NCBI GenBank assembly: GCA_022841375.1
Contig: JALHRQ010000015.1
Span: forward strand, 12,306 to 76,305
DNA: 64,000 bases
Direction: 5' to 3'
From: Burkholderiales bacterium
GTDB lineage: Bacteria > Pseudomonadota > Gammaproteobacteria > Burkholderiales > SG8-41
A model generated the notes under the pieces. The model made no database searches and was not told the origin of the DNA. It saw only the letters and a program-made list of their open reading frames with translations. Within the stretch, counting starts at the first letter, position 1. Every line of letters begins with the position of its first letter. The position numbers and the translations under genes are program-made. Below are positions 31,481-41,752 of the stretch, one piece after another.

Positions 31481-33622
31481 CTAGGCTGCAACGGTTCGCA
31501 AACGCATCCGCTGCCAGAGATAAATAGGCACTCCGACCGCAAGCCCGAACACGTCCGTAATCGTACCCGGATGGATTAAGCAGAGTGCAGCAATAAACAT
31601 CACCACCCGAAGCGGCATGGCGAGTTTGCCGCCAAACCAGCCTTCGGTGGAACCGGCCAGAAACCATACCCCGATCGACGCGGTGATGAAGGCTTGTGCA
31701 ATGTCAATTGGATTCCCTTTGAGCAGCAGTAAAGGGCTGTAATAAAACATGAACGGCACCAGGAAGGTCGCCAACCCCATTTTCAATGCGATCCATGAGG
31801 TTTTCCAGGGATCGGCATTGCACATGCCGGCTGCGGCAAACGAGGCCAGTGCGACCGGGGGGGTAATTGCTGAAATCACCGCAAAGTAAAAGATGAACAG
31901 ATGGGCCACCAGCGGCGCCACACCGATTTTGGTCAGTCCGGGCGCTATCACTGCCGCAGCAATGGCATAAGCTGCCGTGGTCGGCATACCCATCCCGAGG
32001 ATCAAAGCCACACCAGCGGCAAAAATCATCGCGATCAGCTGACTGGTTCCCGCGATGCCCAGAATCAATTCGGAAAAACGTCCGCCGATACCCGTCAGCG
32101 CCACCACACCCACAATAATGCCGGCACAAGCACACACCGCCACCAGCTGGATGGTGTCTCGCGCAGCAAGGTTGAGCCCTTCCAGCGTTTTGCGCCAACC
32201 AAACATCAACGTCAGCGTAATTAGAAGAGCGAAACCCACCGCCATCCCTGCCCACTCGCCAGCAACACTCTTGAGCATTTCCGGGATATAAAAAATGACC
32301 AGTCCGGCAGCAGCGCCGAGCGCCACCAGCGAAAGAATCCTGACCAGCAAAGCCGTGGCAAAGGCCAATCCGGGCCCAATCGGCGCCTGTGAATCGGGAC
32401 GCAGCTCAAGATCGCCAAATCGTATCGCCATCCAGCCGACGATGAGCGCCGTCAGGATACCCAGCCCGCCCGCCCGGAATGGTGAGTACCCCGCCAGCAG
32501 TCCCCAGACCAGAACAATAATCGGGGAAAACAGATACAGACGCTTCAGCATTTCAAACAAAGGCGGCAGTTCATCCTTGCGCAGCCCGCGCAAGCCCAGC
32601 CGGATCGCATGAAGATCGACATGGATCCAGCAGGCGATGTAAAACAGCAAAGCGGGAATCACTGCTGCGAGCGCAATTTCGCTGTAGGGAATACCGGTGA
32701 TTTCGGCCATCAGAAATGCCCCCGCACCCAATACCGGAGGGGTAATCTGACCGCCCGTTGATGATGTTGCCTCGATCGCTGCCGCCGTGGGCTTGTCATA
32801 GCCCACCTTGCGCATCATCGGGATGGTCACCATTCCCGAAGCCACCACATTGGCTACAGCTGAGCCCGAAATCGATCCGAACAGGATGCCGGATGCGACC
32901 GCAGCCTTCGCCGGACCACCGCGTGCCCAGCCGAACATGGCATTGCACAGGTCATTGATGTAATCGCCGACCTTGGACACCTGAAGGAACGCCGCAAAGC
33001 AGACAAACAGGATGATGTAAGACGAAGAAACCTGGGTGGTGACGCCGAAGATTCCGTATTCGCTGTAAATGTAAGTGAAGAAACGCGGAATTTCGAAACC
33101 CTTGTGCTCAAGCACGCCGGGCATCCACGGACCGATAAAACAATAAATGATAAATACGCCGGCAATAATCGGCAGCGCCAGCCCGGAGGTGCGGCGGCCG
33201 AACTCGAGCACCAGCAGCGTCCCGACAAAACCCGTGATCACATCGCCCGTCGTGAACTGAGCGCCCGCACGGAACAGCAACCCGTCCAGTTCGACGGTCA
33301 TGTAGACCGCACAGGCAATGGAGGCTGCGACCAACAACCAGTCATACCACGGCACACCGTCCTTGCGCGCACGGTTGCCGGCGGAATACATCATGAAGCC
33401 GATTGCACCGCCCCAGCCCACGTGGATCGCCCGAAACAACAAAGGCTCAAGGGAATAGATATTCAGCACAAAAAGGTGAAATGCCGTGAAACTGACGCAG
33501 AGGATAGCCAGAACCAGTGCCTCCCAGTTCTGCAACGTCCGCTTATTGCCACCGAACTCTTCCTCGGCCATCGGCGGCTTGATGACATCCTCAATCGACG
33601 GCGTGTTCATCTGCGTGCTCAT
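31481..33622 (-). CDS. TRAP transporter fused permease (TAXI-type, DctQ/M fusion)
   Basis: 713 aa and polytopic (many hydrophobic segments). Directly downstream of a TAXI solute-binding protein gene. Confidence 0.85.
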   Translation of the reverse strand: MSTQMNTPSIEDVIKPPMAEEEFGGNKRTLQNWEALVLAILCVSFTAFHLFVLNIYSLEPLLFRAIHVGWGGAIGFMMYSAGNRARKDGVPWYDWLLVAASIACAVYMTVELDGLLFRAGAQFTTGDVITGFVGTLLVLEFGRRTSGLALPIIAGVFIIYCFIGPWMPGVLEHKGFEIPRFFTYIYSEYGIFGVTTQVSSSYIILFVCFAAFLQVSKVGDYINDLCNAMFGWARGGPAKAAVASGILFGSISGSAVANVVASGMVTIPMMRKVGYDKPTAAAIEATSSTGGQITPPVLGAGAFLMAEITGIPYSEIALAAVIPALLFYIACWIHVDLHAIRLGLRGLRKDELPPLFEMLKRLYLFSPIIVLVWGLLAGYSPFRAGGLGILTALIVGWMAIRFGDLELRPDSQAPIGPGLAFATALLVRILSLVALGAAAGLVIFYIPEMLKSVAGEWAGMAVGFALLITLTLMFGWRKTLEGLNLAARDTIQLVAVCACAGIIVGVVALTGIGGRFSELILGIAGTSQLIAMIFAAGVALILGMGMPTTAAYAIAAAVIAPGLTKIGVAPLVAHLFIFYFAVISAITPPVALASFAAAGMCNADPWKTSWIALKMGLATFLVPFMFYYSPLLLLKGNPIDIAQAFITASIGVWFLAGSTEGWFGGKLAMPLRVVMFIAALCLIHPGTITDVFGLAVGVPIYLWQRMRLRTVAA

Positions 33623-33638
33623 GTATTACTCCCCTGCC

Positions 33639-33670
33639 AAAAAAAACGCACTGTGCTTGCGCACAGTGCG
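33639..33670 (-). terminator. intrinsic terminator/attenuator between the TAXI binding-protein and permease genes
   Basis: Minus strand: CGCACTGTGC-gcaa-GCACAGTGCG (perfect 10-bp stem) followed by T8. Lies 22 nt after the SBP stop and 17 nt before the permease ATG. Confidence 0.75.
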
Positions 33671-33691
33671 GTCTTGATCAGAATGTCGCGA

Positions 33692-34696
33692 TCAACCCTT
33701 GTATTCAGGCGGGATCAAATGCTTGGGTACGGTAATCCCTTTTTCCTTGAAATAACGGATGGCACCCGGATGAAAAGGCAGGAATCCATTACGGTTCCAG
33801 TTGGGAAGAAGCGTCTCTTTGGCCGCGGCGTGCCCCTTGACCATTTGCGCGTTGTTTTCCATCACAGCCTTCACCACTGCGTAGACCAGATCATCGGCAA
33901 CATCCTTGTTGGCAATCGCAAAATTGTAGAGTCCGACGGTTTTATGATCTTCGGTCTGCTGTTTGTAAGTGCCTTTGGGGATCACCGAGTCAGAGAGTTC
34001 AGGCAGCGCAGCCTTGATCTTTTTCAGTTCATCATCGTTAAAGGTGAAAAAGCGCACCTTGTTGGTGGTTTCCAGTTCCGAATAAGCGGCAATCGGAACG
34101 CCGGCACAGAACGGGAATGCGTCGATCAGTCCATCCTGCAGATTCGCCGACATGTCGGACGCCTGGCCGTTACGGAATGTTGTATCGATGCCGATGGCCT
34201 TGAACATCAGCGGGAAATAAGTACCGCAGGTACCGGCCCGGGGACCAACTCCCGATTTCTTGCCGGCAAGATCCTTGGCCGTCTTGATACCGGACTTTTC
34301 GAGCGTCACAAAATGAAACGGCGTGTCATACATCGGAAACATCGCGCGGATATTGCTGAACTTTTGCCCTTTGGTCCAATCGCCCTTGCCTTCCCAGGCC
34401 TGCAACGCGACGCCCATCGTGGTCATTCCGAAATCAACCTGTTTGGAATCAGCCAGGATAATGTTCTGGTTGGGCCCCTGGGTCTGTTGCGTGCTGATAT
34501 TGGTGCCGATTTTTTCGTTAACCAGACTGGCCCAGACCTGCCCGTAAACAAAATAGGTGCCACCTACAGACGCGGTACCCAGCGTCAGATTGGTTGGCCA
34601 CTTCGGATTCGGTTTTGCTTGGGCTAACGCGCCGCTTGCGATGGACAAACCAGCCACAGCAGCAACAGCAAGACTTAAAACCTTGGAAATTTTCAT
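33692..34696 (-). CDS. TAXI-family TRAP solute-binding protein
   Basis: Signal peptide ending ...ASGALAQA. LTLGTASVGGTYFVYG motif typical of TAXI (immunogenic-protein family) SBPs. Confidence 0.85.
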   Translation of the reverse strand: MKISKVLSLAVAAVAGLSIASGALAQAKPNPKWPTNLTLGTASVGGTYFVYGQVWASLVNEKIGTNISTQQTQGPNQNIILADSKQVDFGMTTMGVALQAWEGKGDWTKGQKFSNIRAMFPMYDTPFHFVTLEKSGIKTAKDLAGKKSGVGPRAGTCGTYFPLMFKAIGIDTTFRNGQASDMSANLQDGLIDAFPFCAGVPIAAYSELETTNKVRFFTFNDDELKKIKAALPELSDSVIPKGTYKQQTEDHKTVGLYNFAIANKDVADDLVYAVVKAVMENNAQMVKGHAAAKETLLPNWNRNGFLPFHPGAIRYFKEKGITVPKHLIPPEYKG

Positions 34697-34844
34697 TACG
34701 ATATTCTCCTCGCGGTAATTCGTTGACGGAGTCAGGAGTGACCGCTACTGTATGCGCGGTATTTTTTCTTCCCGACAGCCTGCAGGGGCAGATTAGCAAA
34801 GCCCTAACCCTTTGGCAAACCGCTGACGAAATTCAGTACGCAGA

Positions 34845-36161
34845 TCAATCGCAGGACCAGATGGGACGCCAGCCAGCGGAACGGGGTTGAGGCCGCAGGC
34901 GTTCATCCACCCCGACTCCCGGCACTGCCGCCAACACGTGGTCCAGGTATAACAGTGGCAGGCGCTCCCGACGCCATGGCGGCAATGCGGCCTCCTGCAA
35001 CAGATTACGCACCGTGCGCCGGGGCCCGCCCGCAACCAACCTCAGACTTTCACCACCGCCACGCAAACGCACGGTCAGCGTATTCCCTTTAAGCCACTGG
35101 GCGGCAATCCCGTCGCCTTTGCACGGCTCAAGATGCAGGGTGCCGCCAAGCTGGGGCAGCAGCAATGGACGCTTCCAATGCCAGTCGACCTCGAAATCCG
35201 TGGCAATTGGCGGCAACGGGCGGACGATGTAGAGGTCTCCGCGGAAACGCCGCAACTCAACATCCCCCATATCCACGCAAACCCGGGCATCGTCCCGCGC
35301 GGTCAGTGCCTGCCGCAGCAACTCATCGAGCCGTCCGGACTCCGGCATGGTCACACCGTTCCCGCGCAGAAAATAACGCAAGGCATTGCGCGCGCGATGA
35401 GGTGAAAGATCGAGCAATGCTGCTGTGGCAATACGGCCGGCATGGGCATGACCGGAGATGTCCTGCGTCGCCAGTGCGTCCAGCAAATCGGAAGCTTCGT
35501 ACTGCAATCGCGCACCGCGGGCCAGTACAACCCTGGTGCCCGGCACCCTGCTCTCAATCAGCGGCAGCACGTCATGGCGCAGAAAATTACGCAAATAAGC
35601 ACGGTCAGCGTTGCTGTCATCCTCCACCCACTGCAGCCGGTGATGACGGGCATAGGCCTCAATGGCACTGCGCGGCACTTCAAGCAAAGGCCGCCACAGC
35701 ACCGGTGTTCCCGCAGTAAACGCCGGCATGCCGGCAAGCCCGCGTGGCCCGGCCCCGCGCAACAGTTGCAGCATCAGCGTTTCGGCTTGGTCATCACGGT
35801 GATGCGCCAGCGCTACAACATCCGCCGCAGTCTCCGCAAAAACCGCCAAACGCGCCTTGCGCGCCGCTGCTTCGGTGCTGTTACCCCGCGGAACAACGAC
35901 CTTTGCCACCTTCAGTGCAACGCCCAATGCCCGGCAATAACGACGGCAATGCGTTGCCCAGGAACCGGCTTTTGCACTGATCTGGTGATTGACATGAATA
36001 GCCGAAATTCGCTGCGAACCCAGCCGCAGGCCGGACCGCAGCACATGCAGCAGCACAACGGAATCGATTCCGCCACTCAAACCGACGGCGATTCGAGCCG
36101 ACTTCCCAGGATCGACAGCGGCGAGCGCCGCAGCCACCTGATTTACAAGCGCGTCGGTCAT
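34845..36161 (-). CDS. tilS: tRNA(Ile)-lysidine synthase
   Basis: PP-loop VGLSGGIDS; 438 aa; adjacent to accA as in many proteobacteria. Confidence 0.9.
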   Translation of the reverse strand: MTDALVNQVAAALAAVDPGKSARIAVGLSGGIDSVVLLHVLRSGLRLGSQRISAIHVNHQISAKAGSWATHCRRYCRALGVALKVAKVVVPRGNSTEAAARKARLAVFAETAADVVALAHHRDDQAETLMLQLLRGAGPRGLAGMPAFTAGTPVLWRPLLEVPRSAIEAYARHHRLQWVEDDSNADRAYLRNFLRHDVLPLIESRVPGTRVVLARGARLQYEASDLLDALATQDISGHAHAGRIATAALLDLSPHRARNALRYFLRGNGVTMPESGRLDELLRQALTARDDARVCVDMGDVELRRFRGDLYIVRPLPPIATDFEVDWHWKRPLLLPQLGGTLHLEPCKGDGIAAQWLKGNTLTVRLRGGGESLRLVAGGPRRTVRNLLQEAALPPWRRERLPLLYLDHVLAAVPGVGVDERLRPQPRSAGWRPIWSCD

Positions 36162-36197
36162 ACCGTGTAGCAGACCCAGGAGGGCATGGGCGCCGTG

Positions 36198-37166
36198 TCA
36201 GCGGCTTTCCGCTTCCTTGAACTGGCCGTAACCCATCAGCCGCTCGAACCGCGACTCGGCCAGCTTGTCGATGGGCAGATCACGCAGCTGACGCCAGCTT
36301 TCCTGCAATGCTTTTTTCATCGACTGCATCATCACATCATAGTCGCGATGTGCGCCGCCCAATGGCTCCGCAACGATCTTGTCGATCAGCCCCAGCGTCT
36401 TCAGGCGAGTGGCCGTGATACCGAGCGTCTCCGCGGCATCAGGGGCACGGTCCGCGCTTTTCCAGAGAATTGAGGCGCAGCCTTCCGGCGAAATGACCGA
36501 ATACGTGGAGTATTGAAGCATCTGTGTGACATCACCTACAGCAATCGCCAGCGCGCCGCCGGATCCGCCCTCGCCGATGATCGAGCAGATGACGGGAACT
36601 TTCAGCCCCGCCATCGCAAAAAGATTGCGGCCGATCGCCTCCGACTGTCCGCGCTCTTCAGCGCCAACGCCGGGATAAGCGCCGGGCGTATCAATAAAAG
36701 TAAATACGGGAACGCCGAACTTTTCGGCCAACTTCATCAACCGCAGCGCCTTGCGGTATCCCTCGGGACGCGGCATGCCGAAATTGCGCAGGATCTTTTC
36801 CTTGGTGTCGCGCCCCTTCTGGTGTCCCATAACCACCACGGTCTGGCCGCCAAAGCGCGCCAAACCGCCGATGATGGCAGGATCATCGGCATAAGTACGG
36901 TCGCCGTGCAGTTCTTCGAAATCGGTAAAGAGGCTGTTGATGTAATCGAGCGTGTAGGGCCGCTGCGGGTGACGCGCCACCTGGGAAATTTGCCAGGACG
37001 TCAGTTTTGCGTAGATATCTTTTGTTAATGCCTGGCTTTTTTTCTGCAGCCTGGAGATTTCTTCAGAAATATCCAGCGCCGAATCATCCTGCACGAAACG
37101 CAGTTCCTCGATCTTGGTTTCCAGATCGGCAATCGGTTGCTCGAAATCAAGGAATGTCGTTTTCAT
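36198..37166 (-). CDS. accA: acetyl-CoA carboxylase carboxyltransferase alpha subunit
   Basis: [23 protein letters not shown]...[14 protein letters not shown] chosen at 37166. Confidence 0.94.
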   Translation of the reverse strand: MKTTFLDFEQPIADLETKIEELRFVQDDSALDISEEISRLQKKSQALTKDIYAKLTSWQISQVARHPQRPYTLDYINSLFTDFEELHGDRTYADDPAIIGGLARFGGQTVVVMGHQKGRDTKEKILRNFGMPRPEGYRKALRLMKLAEKFGVPVFTFIDTPGAYPGVGAEERGQSEAIGRNLFAMAGLKVPVICSIIGEGGSGGALAIAVGDVTQMLQYSTYSVISPEGCASILWKSADRAPDAAETLGITATRLKTLGLIDKIVAEPLGGAHRDYDVMMQSMKKALQESWRQLRDLPIDKLAESRFERLMGYGQFKEAESR

Positions 37167-37235
37167 GGGGCGGAATGATACAGGATGCACCGGACTCGCG
37201 GCGATGACGCAGCAGCCACGATTTTTAATGCAGAA

Positions 37236-38402
37236 TCATTGATGCGGCGGCTTCGCGCCTTTGGCATCGCGCTGCATCAGTGCTGCCGCCACGGCCAGCA
37301 GCACTGCGTCGAGCCAGAATACCGGGATCATGCCCAACGCAGCGGACAACGTTCCGAAAACAAGTGGCACCAGCACTTCCGTGCCTTTGTTCACCATCTG
37401 CCGCAAACCCATCGCCTCACCCGATCGTCCTTGCGGCGCCCGGTTGTAGGCCAGCATCATCGACAGCGGACTGCCGCATCCGAGGCCCATGCCCAATACA
37501 AAAGAAATTACGATCAGCGCAGCAAAACTTTTTACAAACGGAAACACCAGGCAAACTGCGGTCGCCAGCAGCAACGAAGCGGCCAGCACCCGCTCTTCGC
37601 TGGAGCGTTTAACCAGATGCGGCATCAGCGAGCGCACGATCAACAGTGCAAAACCAAAGGCGCCCAGAATCATCCCGATTTCCGACGCGCTGAGTCCGAT
37701 GCGGTGACCGTAAATGGGCAACAACAGGTTGTATAGCTCCAGACCGGTTTCGATGATACCGGCGGTGATCAGTGCGCGGCGCAAAGGCGGGTTGCGCAGC
37801 AGGTCGCCAACGCGGTGCTGTGCTTTTTCTTCCTTGCCCAGCTTCACATGGGTGATTTTCGGCAACCACCCCGTCCATAACCCCAACAATAAAACGGGGA
37901 TGATCGGCATTGCGGCCAGGACCCCGAACGTCGCGCGATGACCAAGTGCATCGATCAGGAATCCGGCGGATGTCGGTCCGAGCAGCGCCGTCATTCCAAT
38001 GCCAAGGCTGAACCAGCTGTAATTTCGGGTGCGATCCATACCCTCGGCCATGGCGCCGATCAGGTGCTGCACCGAAACGGTGTAAAAAATGTAACAGCAG
38101 CCGATCAGCGCCGCGGCGATATAGAGCACCTCCAACCGCTGCCAGAAGAACGGCAACGCCAGCCCGACGAGGAGACCGATCGTACCCAACAACATGGGTT
38201 TACGGAAACCAATGCGGTCCGACACCTTGCCCGCATACACCGAAAGCAACAATGGAAACAGCGCGTAGGTGGAGAAAATCATACCGACGTAAAATTCGTT
38301 GGCGCCCAGTTCCAGCGCCGAGAGCGACATCAACACCTTGCTGCCCTTGTAGGCAGTGTGCGTCAGGATGCTGAGCAGGACGATGCGGAATATGGCCGGC
38401 AC
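37236..38402 (-). CDS. MFS transporter
   Basis: 388 aa with about 12 hydrophobic segments. MFS loop motif (GKVSDRIGFRKPM). Confidence 0.8.
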   Translation of the reverse strand: MPAIFRIVLLSILTHTAYKGSKVLMSLSALELGANEFYVGMIFSTYALFPLLLSVYAGKVSDRIGFRKPMLLGTIGLLVGLALPFFWQRLEVLYIAAALIGCCYIFYTVSVQHLIGAMAEGMDRTRNYSWFSLGIGMTALLGPTSAGFLIDALGHRATFGVLAAMPIIPVLLLGLWTGWLPKITHVKLGKEEKAQHRVGDLLRNPPLRRALITAGIIETGLELYNLLLPIYGHRIGLSASEIGMILGAFGFALLIVRSLMPHLVKRSSEERVLAASLLLATAVCLVFPFVKSFAALIVISFVLGMGLGCGSPLSMMLAYNRAPQGRSGEAMGLRQMVNKGTEVLVPLVFGTLSAALGMIPVFWLDAVLLAVAAALMQRDAKGAKPPHQ

Positions 38403-38551
38403 GTTGTTTATGTCAGGATGGGCAAAACAAACTTGGCGCGAGCCCGGCGTTGTCGATCAAAAAGCCGTGTCACGCAATGAAAATTTTTGTTGGGAGAATG
38501 CGGAGGCGTGTATTTTAGCGCATCGTCACCACCCGTTCACCGGAGTAAATC

Positions 38552-39424
38552 ATGAATTTGCAGAACATCGGCATCGTCAGTCCCGGTGACATGGGGCAGG
38601 CTATCGCCCAGACCCTTAAAGCAAACGGCTACACCGTACACACGGCGCTTGCAGGTCGCAGTGCGCGCACCCAGGCATTGGCCGCCGAAGCCGGTCTCAA
38701 CGACTGCGGCACCATGGAAAAACTGGTGAGGACCTGCGATGTACTACTGTCTGTGCTCAACCCTGCCGCCGCAGTGGACAATGCGCGTGCTGCCGCGGCC
38801 GCGTTAAAAGCCACCGGCCGGCGCTGTTTGTTTGTCGACTGCAACGCGGTCTCGCCGCGGACTGCACAACAAATTGACGCCATCATCCGCGAGGCCGCCG
38901 GCGAATGTGTCGACGCCGGCATCATCGGCCCTCCGCCCCGGGGAAAAGCGGGCATGCGCATGTACGTCTCAGGCCCGCAAGCTGCATTGCTGGCGCCGCT
39001 GACGGGTGGCGGCATCCAGGTGCGGGTGATGAGCGACCGCATCGGCGACGCCTCGGCGATCAAGATGTGTTACGCCTCTTACACCAAAGGGGCTGTCGCC
39101 CTCGGTGTTGAAATGCTGATGGCTGCGCGCCGGCTGGGTGTGGATGCCGCGCTCGATCGCGAATTGCAGGAAAGTGCAGCCGACAACCGCCAGTGGATAC
39201 TCAACCGCTCCACAAGCATGCCGCCCAAGGCTTACCGTTGGGTTCCCGAAATGCTGGAAATCGCGCAGACCTTCGAAGACGCGAAATTGACGCCGCGCAT
39301 CCTGCTCGGCGCCGCCGACATGTACGAAATGATCGCGCTAACACAGTTGGGCAAAGAATCGCCTGAACAAGCGCGAAAAATCGGCCGCGACGGTCTGACC
39401 ATCATCAACAGCCTGGCGGACTGA
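38552..39424 (+). CDS. NAD(P)-binding oxidoreductase (6-phosphogluconate-dehydrogenase-like N-domain + DUF1932-like C-domain)
   Basis: N-terminal Rossmann motif IGIVSPGDMGQAIA; 290 aa. Confidence 0.65.
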   Translation: MNLQNIGIVSPGDMGQAIAQTLKANGYTVHTALAGRSARTQALAAEAGLNDCGTMEKLVRTCDVLLSVLNPAAAVDNARAAAAALKATGRRCLFVDCNAVSPRTAQQIDAIIREAAGECVDAGIIGPPPRGKAGMRMYVSGPQAALLAPLTGGGIQVRVMSDRIGDASAIKMCYASYTKGAVALGVEMLMAARRLGVDAALDRELQESAADNRQWILNRSTSMPPKAYRWVPEMLEIAQTFEDAKLTPRILLGAADMYEMIALTQLGKESPEQARKIGRDGLTIINSLAD

Positions 39425-39430
39425 CCCGGC

Positions 39431-40348
39431 TTAAACGCGGTAGATCGAACGCCTGTCGCGACGGAAGGTGATGGCAGGACGATCGGTCAGCGTGCTGCTG
39501 TAGCCCGGCCTGATCTCACCGCCGCCCTCCAGCAGCATCTCGCGGCGCATCAAATGGATCTCTTCGCCGTTTTCACGGCTGATGAAGGTGCCGTTGACAC
39601 TGTGATCAACCACATAGAACTGGGTTCGTTCGACGCGAATGGTGGCGTGGCGGCGAGATACCACGGCATCGGCCACCACCAGTTCGCAGGATACGTCGCG
39701 CCCGATGGACAGTATCGGGTGCCAGTGGTCAACCCGGTGCTCACTGCTGCCCAGCGTCAGCACCAGGCTGCCCGCATCTTCGGGGATGGTGCGGCGGATA
39801 TGCGGATTAATCTGCGTGCGATTGACCATATCGTCACGCCACGACACTTCGCAAACCGCGGTTTTCGACAAGCTTGTTTTCAGGATGGCGTCAAAAATCG
39901 GCCAGGTTGACTCCCGCCGGCGTGCTTCCAGTTGTTCCAACGTAGTCTGCGAAATGAGGATCTGGTCCGGACTGGCGGCGTCGGCCAGATATGCCGCCAC
40001 GTTGACCGTATCGCCGTAGACATCGTCGCCGCCGACCACCACCGGTCCGGTATGCAGTCCGACACGGATCTGCATCGACAGCCCGCTGGGCTGCAATGCG
40101 GCAATTGCACGCTGCATGTCCATCGCGGCGTCCACCGCGCTGTCGGCATCCGGAAAAAGGCACATCACGGCATCGCCCAGCGTCTTCACCAGCCGGCCAT
40201 GGTTACGCGGCAGCACATCCTTCATCGCACCCACACAGGCATTGATGATTTTCAGTGCTTCGATATCGCCAAGGCGGCGATATAACGCGGTGCTTTCGAC
40301 AATGTCGGCAAAAAGCACCGCCAGATCATCACTGTGAGTGTTCGACAT
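39431..40348 (-). CDS. class III nucleotidyl-cyclase domain fused to a C-terminal FHA domain
   Basis: Cyclase motifs VLFADIVEST, VKTLGDAVM, GDTVNVAAYL. FHA motifs SIGRD...VSRRHATI...SVNGTFI. Confidence 0.85.
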   Translation of the reverse strand: MSNTHSDDLAVLFADIVESTALYRRLGDIEALKIINACVGAMKDVLPRNHGRLVKTLGDAVMCLFPDADSAVDAAMDMQRAIAALQPSGLSMQIRVGLHTGPVVVGGDDVYGDTVNVAAYLADAASPDQILISQTTLEQLEARRRESTWPIFDAILKTSLSKTAVCEVSWRDDMVNRTQINPHIRRTIPEDAGSLVLTLGSSEHRVDHWHPILSIGRDVSCELVVADAVVSRRHATIRVERTQFYVVDHSVNGTFISRENGEEIHLMRREMLLEGGGEIRPGYSSTLTDRPAITFRRDRRSIYRV

Positions 40349-40502
40349 TTTTGATCATTTGCACCGCGCGGAGCGGTCAGGTTTTCCGGCAACACTCACC
40401 CGTTCCGGGTGGTGCTGAACCATTGGCACTTTAAGGCACAAGGCCACTGAAAGCAAAGACGGCGTGCGTCGACAAACCACCGGCAAAGCCTCACAATTCC
40501 CG

Positions 40503-41396
40503 ATGATTCCCATCAAGGAAACGGCCGTGAGCACTGCATCTGACACCAAAAATATGGCGCTGTTTTGCGATTTCGAGAACGTGGCGCTGGGCGTGCGCGA
40601 AGCCAAATATGCCGACTTCGACATCAAAAAAGTCCTCGAACGCCTGCTGCTGAAAGGCGATATCGTTGTCAAGAAGGCCTACTGCGACTGGGAACGCTAT
40701 CGAGAATTCAAAAAACCCATGCATGAAGCGGCTTTTGAACTGATTGAAATCCCGCACGTACGTATGTCCGGCAAGAACTCCGCCGACATCCGCATGGTCG
40801 TCGATGCGCTGGACCTCTGCTACACCAAGGCCCACGTGGATACTTTCGTCATCATCAGCGGCGACTCTGATTTCTCCCCGCTGGTCTCCAAGCTGCGCGA
40901 GAACAACAAGGTGGTGATCGGCGTCGGCGTCAAAAAATCCTCATCCGACCTGTTGATCGCCAATTGCGACGAATTCATTTTCTACGACGACCTCGCCCGC
41001 GAAAAAGCCAAAAAACAGCAGCAGAAAAGCCGCAAAAAGCCTGCCACCGGCATCACCGCGGCCAAAGCCGGATCTGCTGCCGAGATCACCGAAAAGGACG
41101 GTGCGGACAAGGATGCCGGAGAAAAAGACGGCGCCGACAAAAAATCGGAGGCGCTGGATCTGGTCATGGAAACCATTGAGGCACTGTTCACCGAACGCGG
41201 CGCAGAGGAAAAAATTTGGGGCTCGATGGTCAAGCAGGCGCTCAAACGTCGCCAACCCGGGTTCAACGAGAGTTATTTCGGCTTCCGTTCTTTCGGCAAA
41301 CTGCTGGATGAAGCCCATGCGCGCAAGCTGCTGGTGCTTGAGCCCGACGAAAAATCCGGCGGCGTCATTATCAAAAGCTTCAACCCGGACTACTGA
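40503..41396 (+). CDS. NYN (LabA-like) nuclease domain + OST-HTH/LOTUS domain protein
   Basis: NYN motifs: ALFCDFENV and IISGDSDFSPLVSKLRENNKVVIGVG. A Lys/Glu-rich linker and a C-terminal LOTUS-like WGSMVKQALKRRQPGFNESYFGFRSFGKLLDEA. ATG chosen at 40503. Confidence 0.8.
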   Translation: MIPIKETAVSTASDTKNMALFCDFENVALGVREAKYADFDIKKVLERLLLKGDIVVKKAYCDWERYREFKKPMHEAAFELIEIPHVRMSGKNSADIRMVVDALDLCYTKAHVDTFVIISGDSDFSPLVSKLRENNKVVIGVGVKKSSSDLLIANCDEFIFYDDLAREKAKKQQQKSRKKPATGITAAKAGSAAEITEKDGADKDAGEKDGADKKSEALDLVMETIEALFTERGAEEKIWGSMVKQALKRRQPGFNESYFGFRSFGKLLDEAHARKLLVLEPDEKSGGVIIKSFNPDY

Positions 41397-41446
41397 ACCA
41401 AGCCGCGGCACCGTGGTCTGACCCTCGACAAGGAGGCGGCAAGTTC

Positions 41447-41728
41447 ATGGATCAATCGCAAGACCCGCAAAATCGTATTCACAGCCGCCCGCAGGCAGGC
41501 CTGATCGAGCGCATTGTGTTTTTTTCGCTCGGACTGATCGTATTGGTCGCCGCGTTCTTTTTCATCGGCATCGCGCTGATTGCCGGCGCCATTCTGGCCG
41601 GTGTGATCCTGCTGCGCTTTTGGTGGCTCAAGCGCAAATTGCGCCAGGCCCGGGCGGAAACCTATGTTGAAGGCGAATTCCGCGTTGTCGAATCCGTGAT
41701 CACCGACCAGCGCACCCCGCGAAAATAA
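41447..41728 (+). CDS. small two-TM membrane protein, unknown function
   Basis: 93 aa. Hydrophobic hairpin IVFFSLGLIVLVAAFFFIGIALIAGAILAGVILL followed by a basic stretch. 50 nt downstream of the NYN-LOTUS gene on the same strand. Confidence 0.55.
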   Translation: MDQSQDPQNRIHSRPQAGLIERIVFFSLGLIVLVAAFFFIGIALIAGAILAGVILLRFWWLKRKLRQARAETYVEGEFRVVESVITDQRTPRK

Positions 41729-41752
41729 ACGCCGGTTGTCGAAAACTGCCGG

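Noticed and set aside
41085-41145. Short tandem duplication in the NYN-LOTUS linker (EKDGADKDA / EKDGADKKS).
   Set aside because: It has only two units, lies inside a low-complexity charged linker, and is most simply explained by local slippage. I mention it under the NYN-LOTUS finding rather than as a feature.
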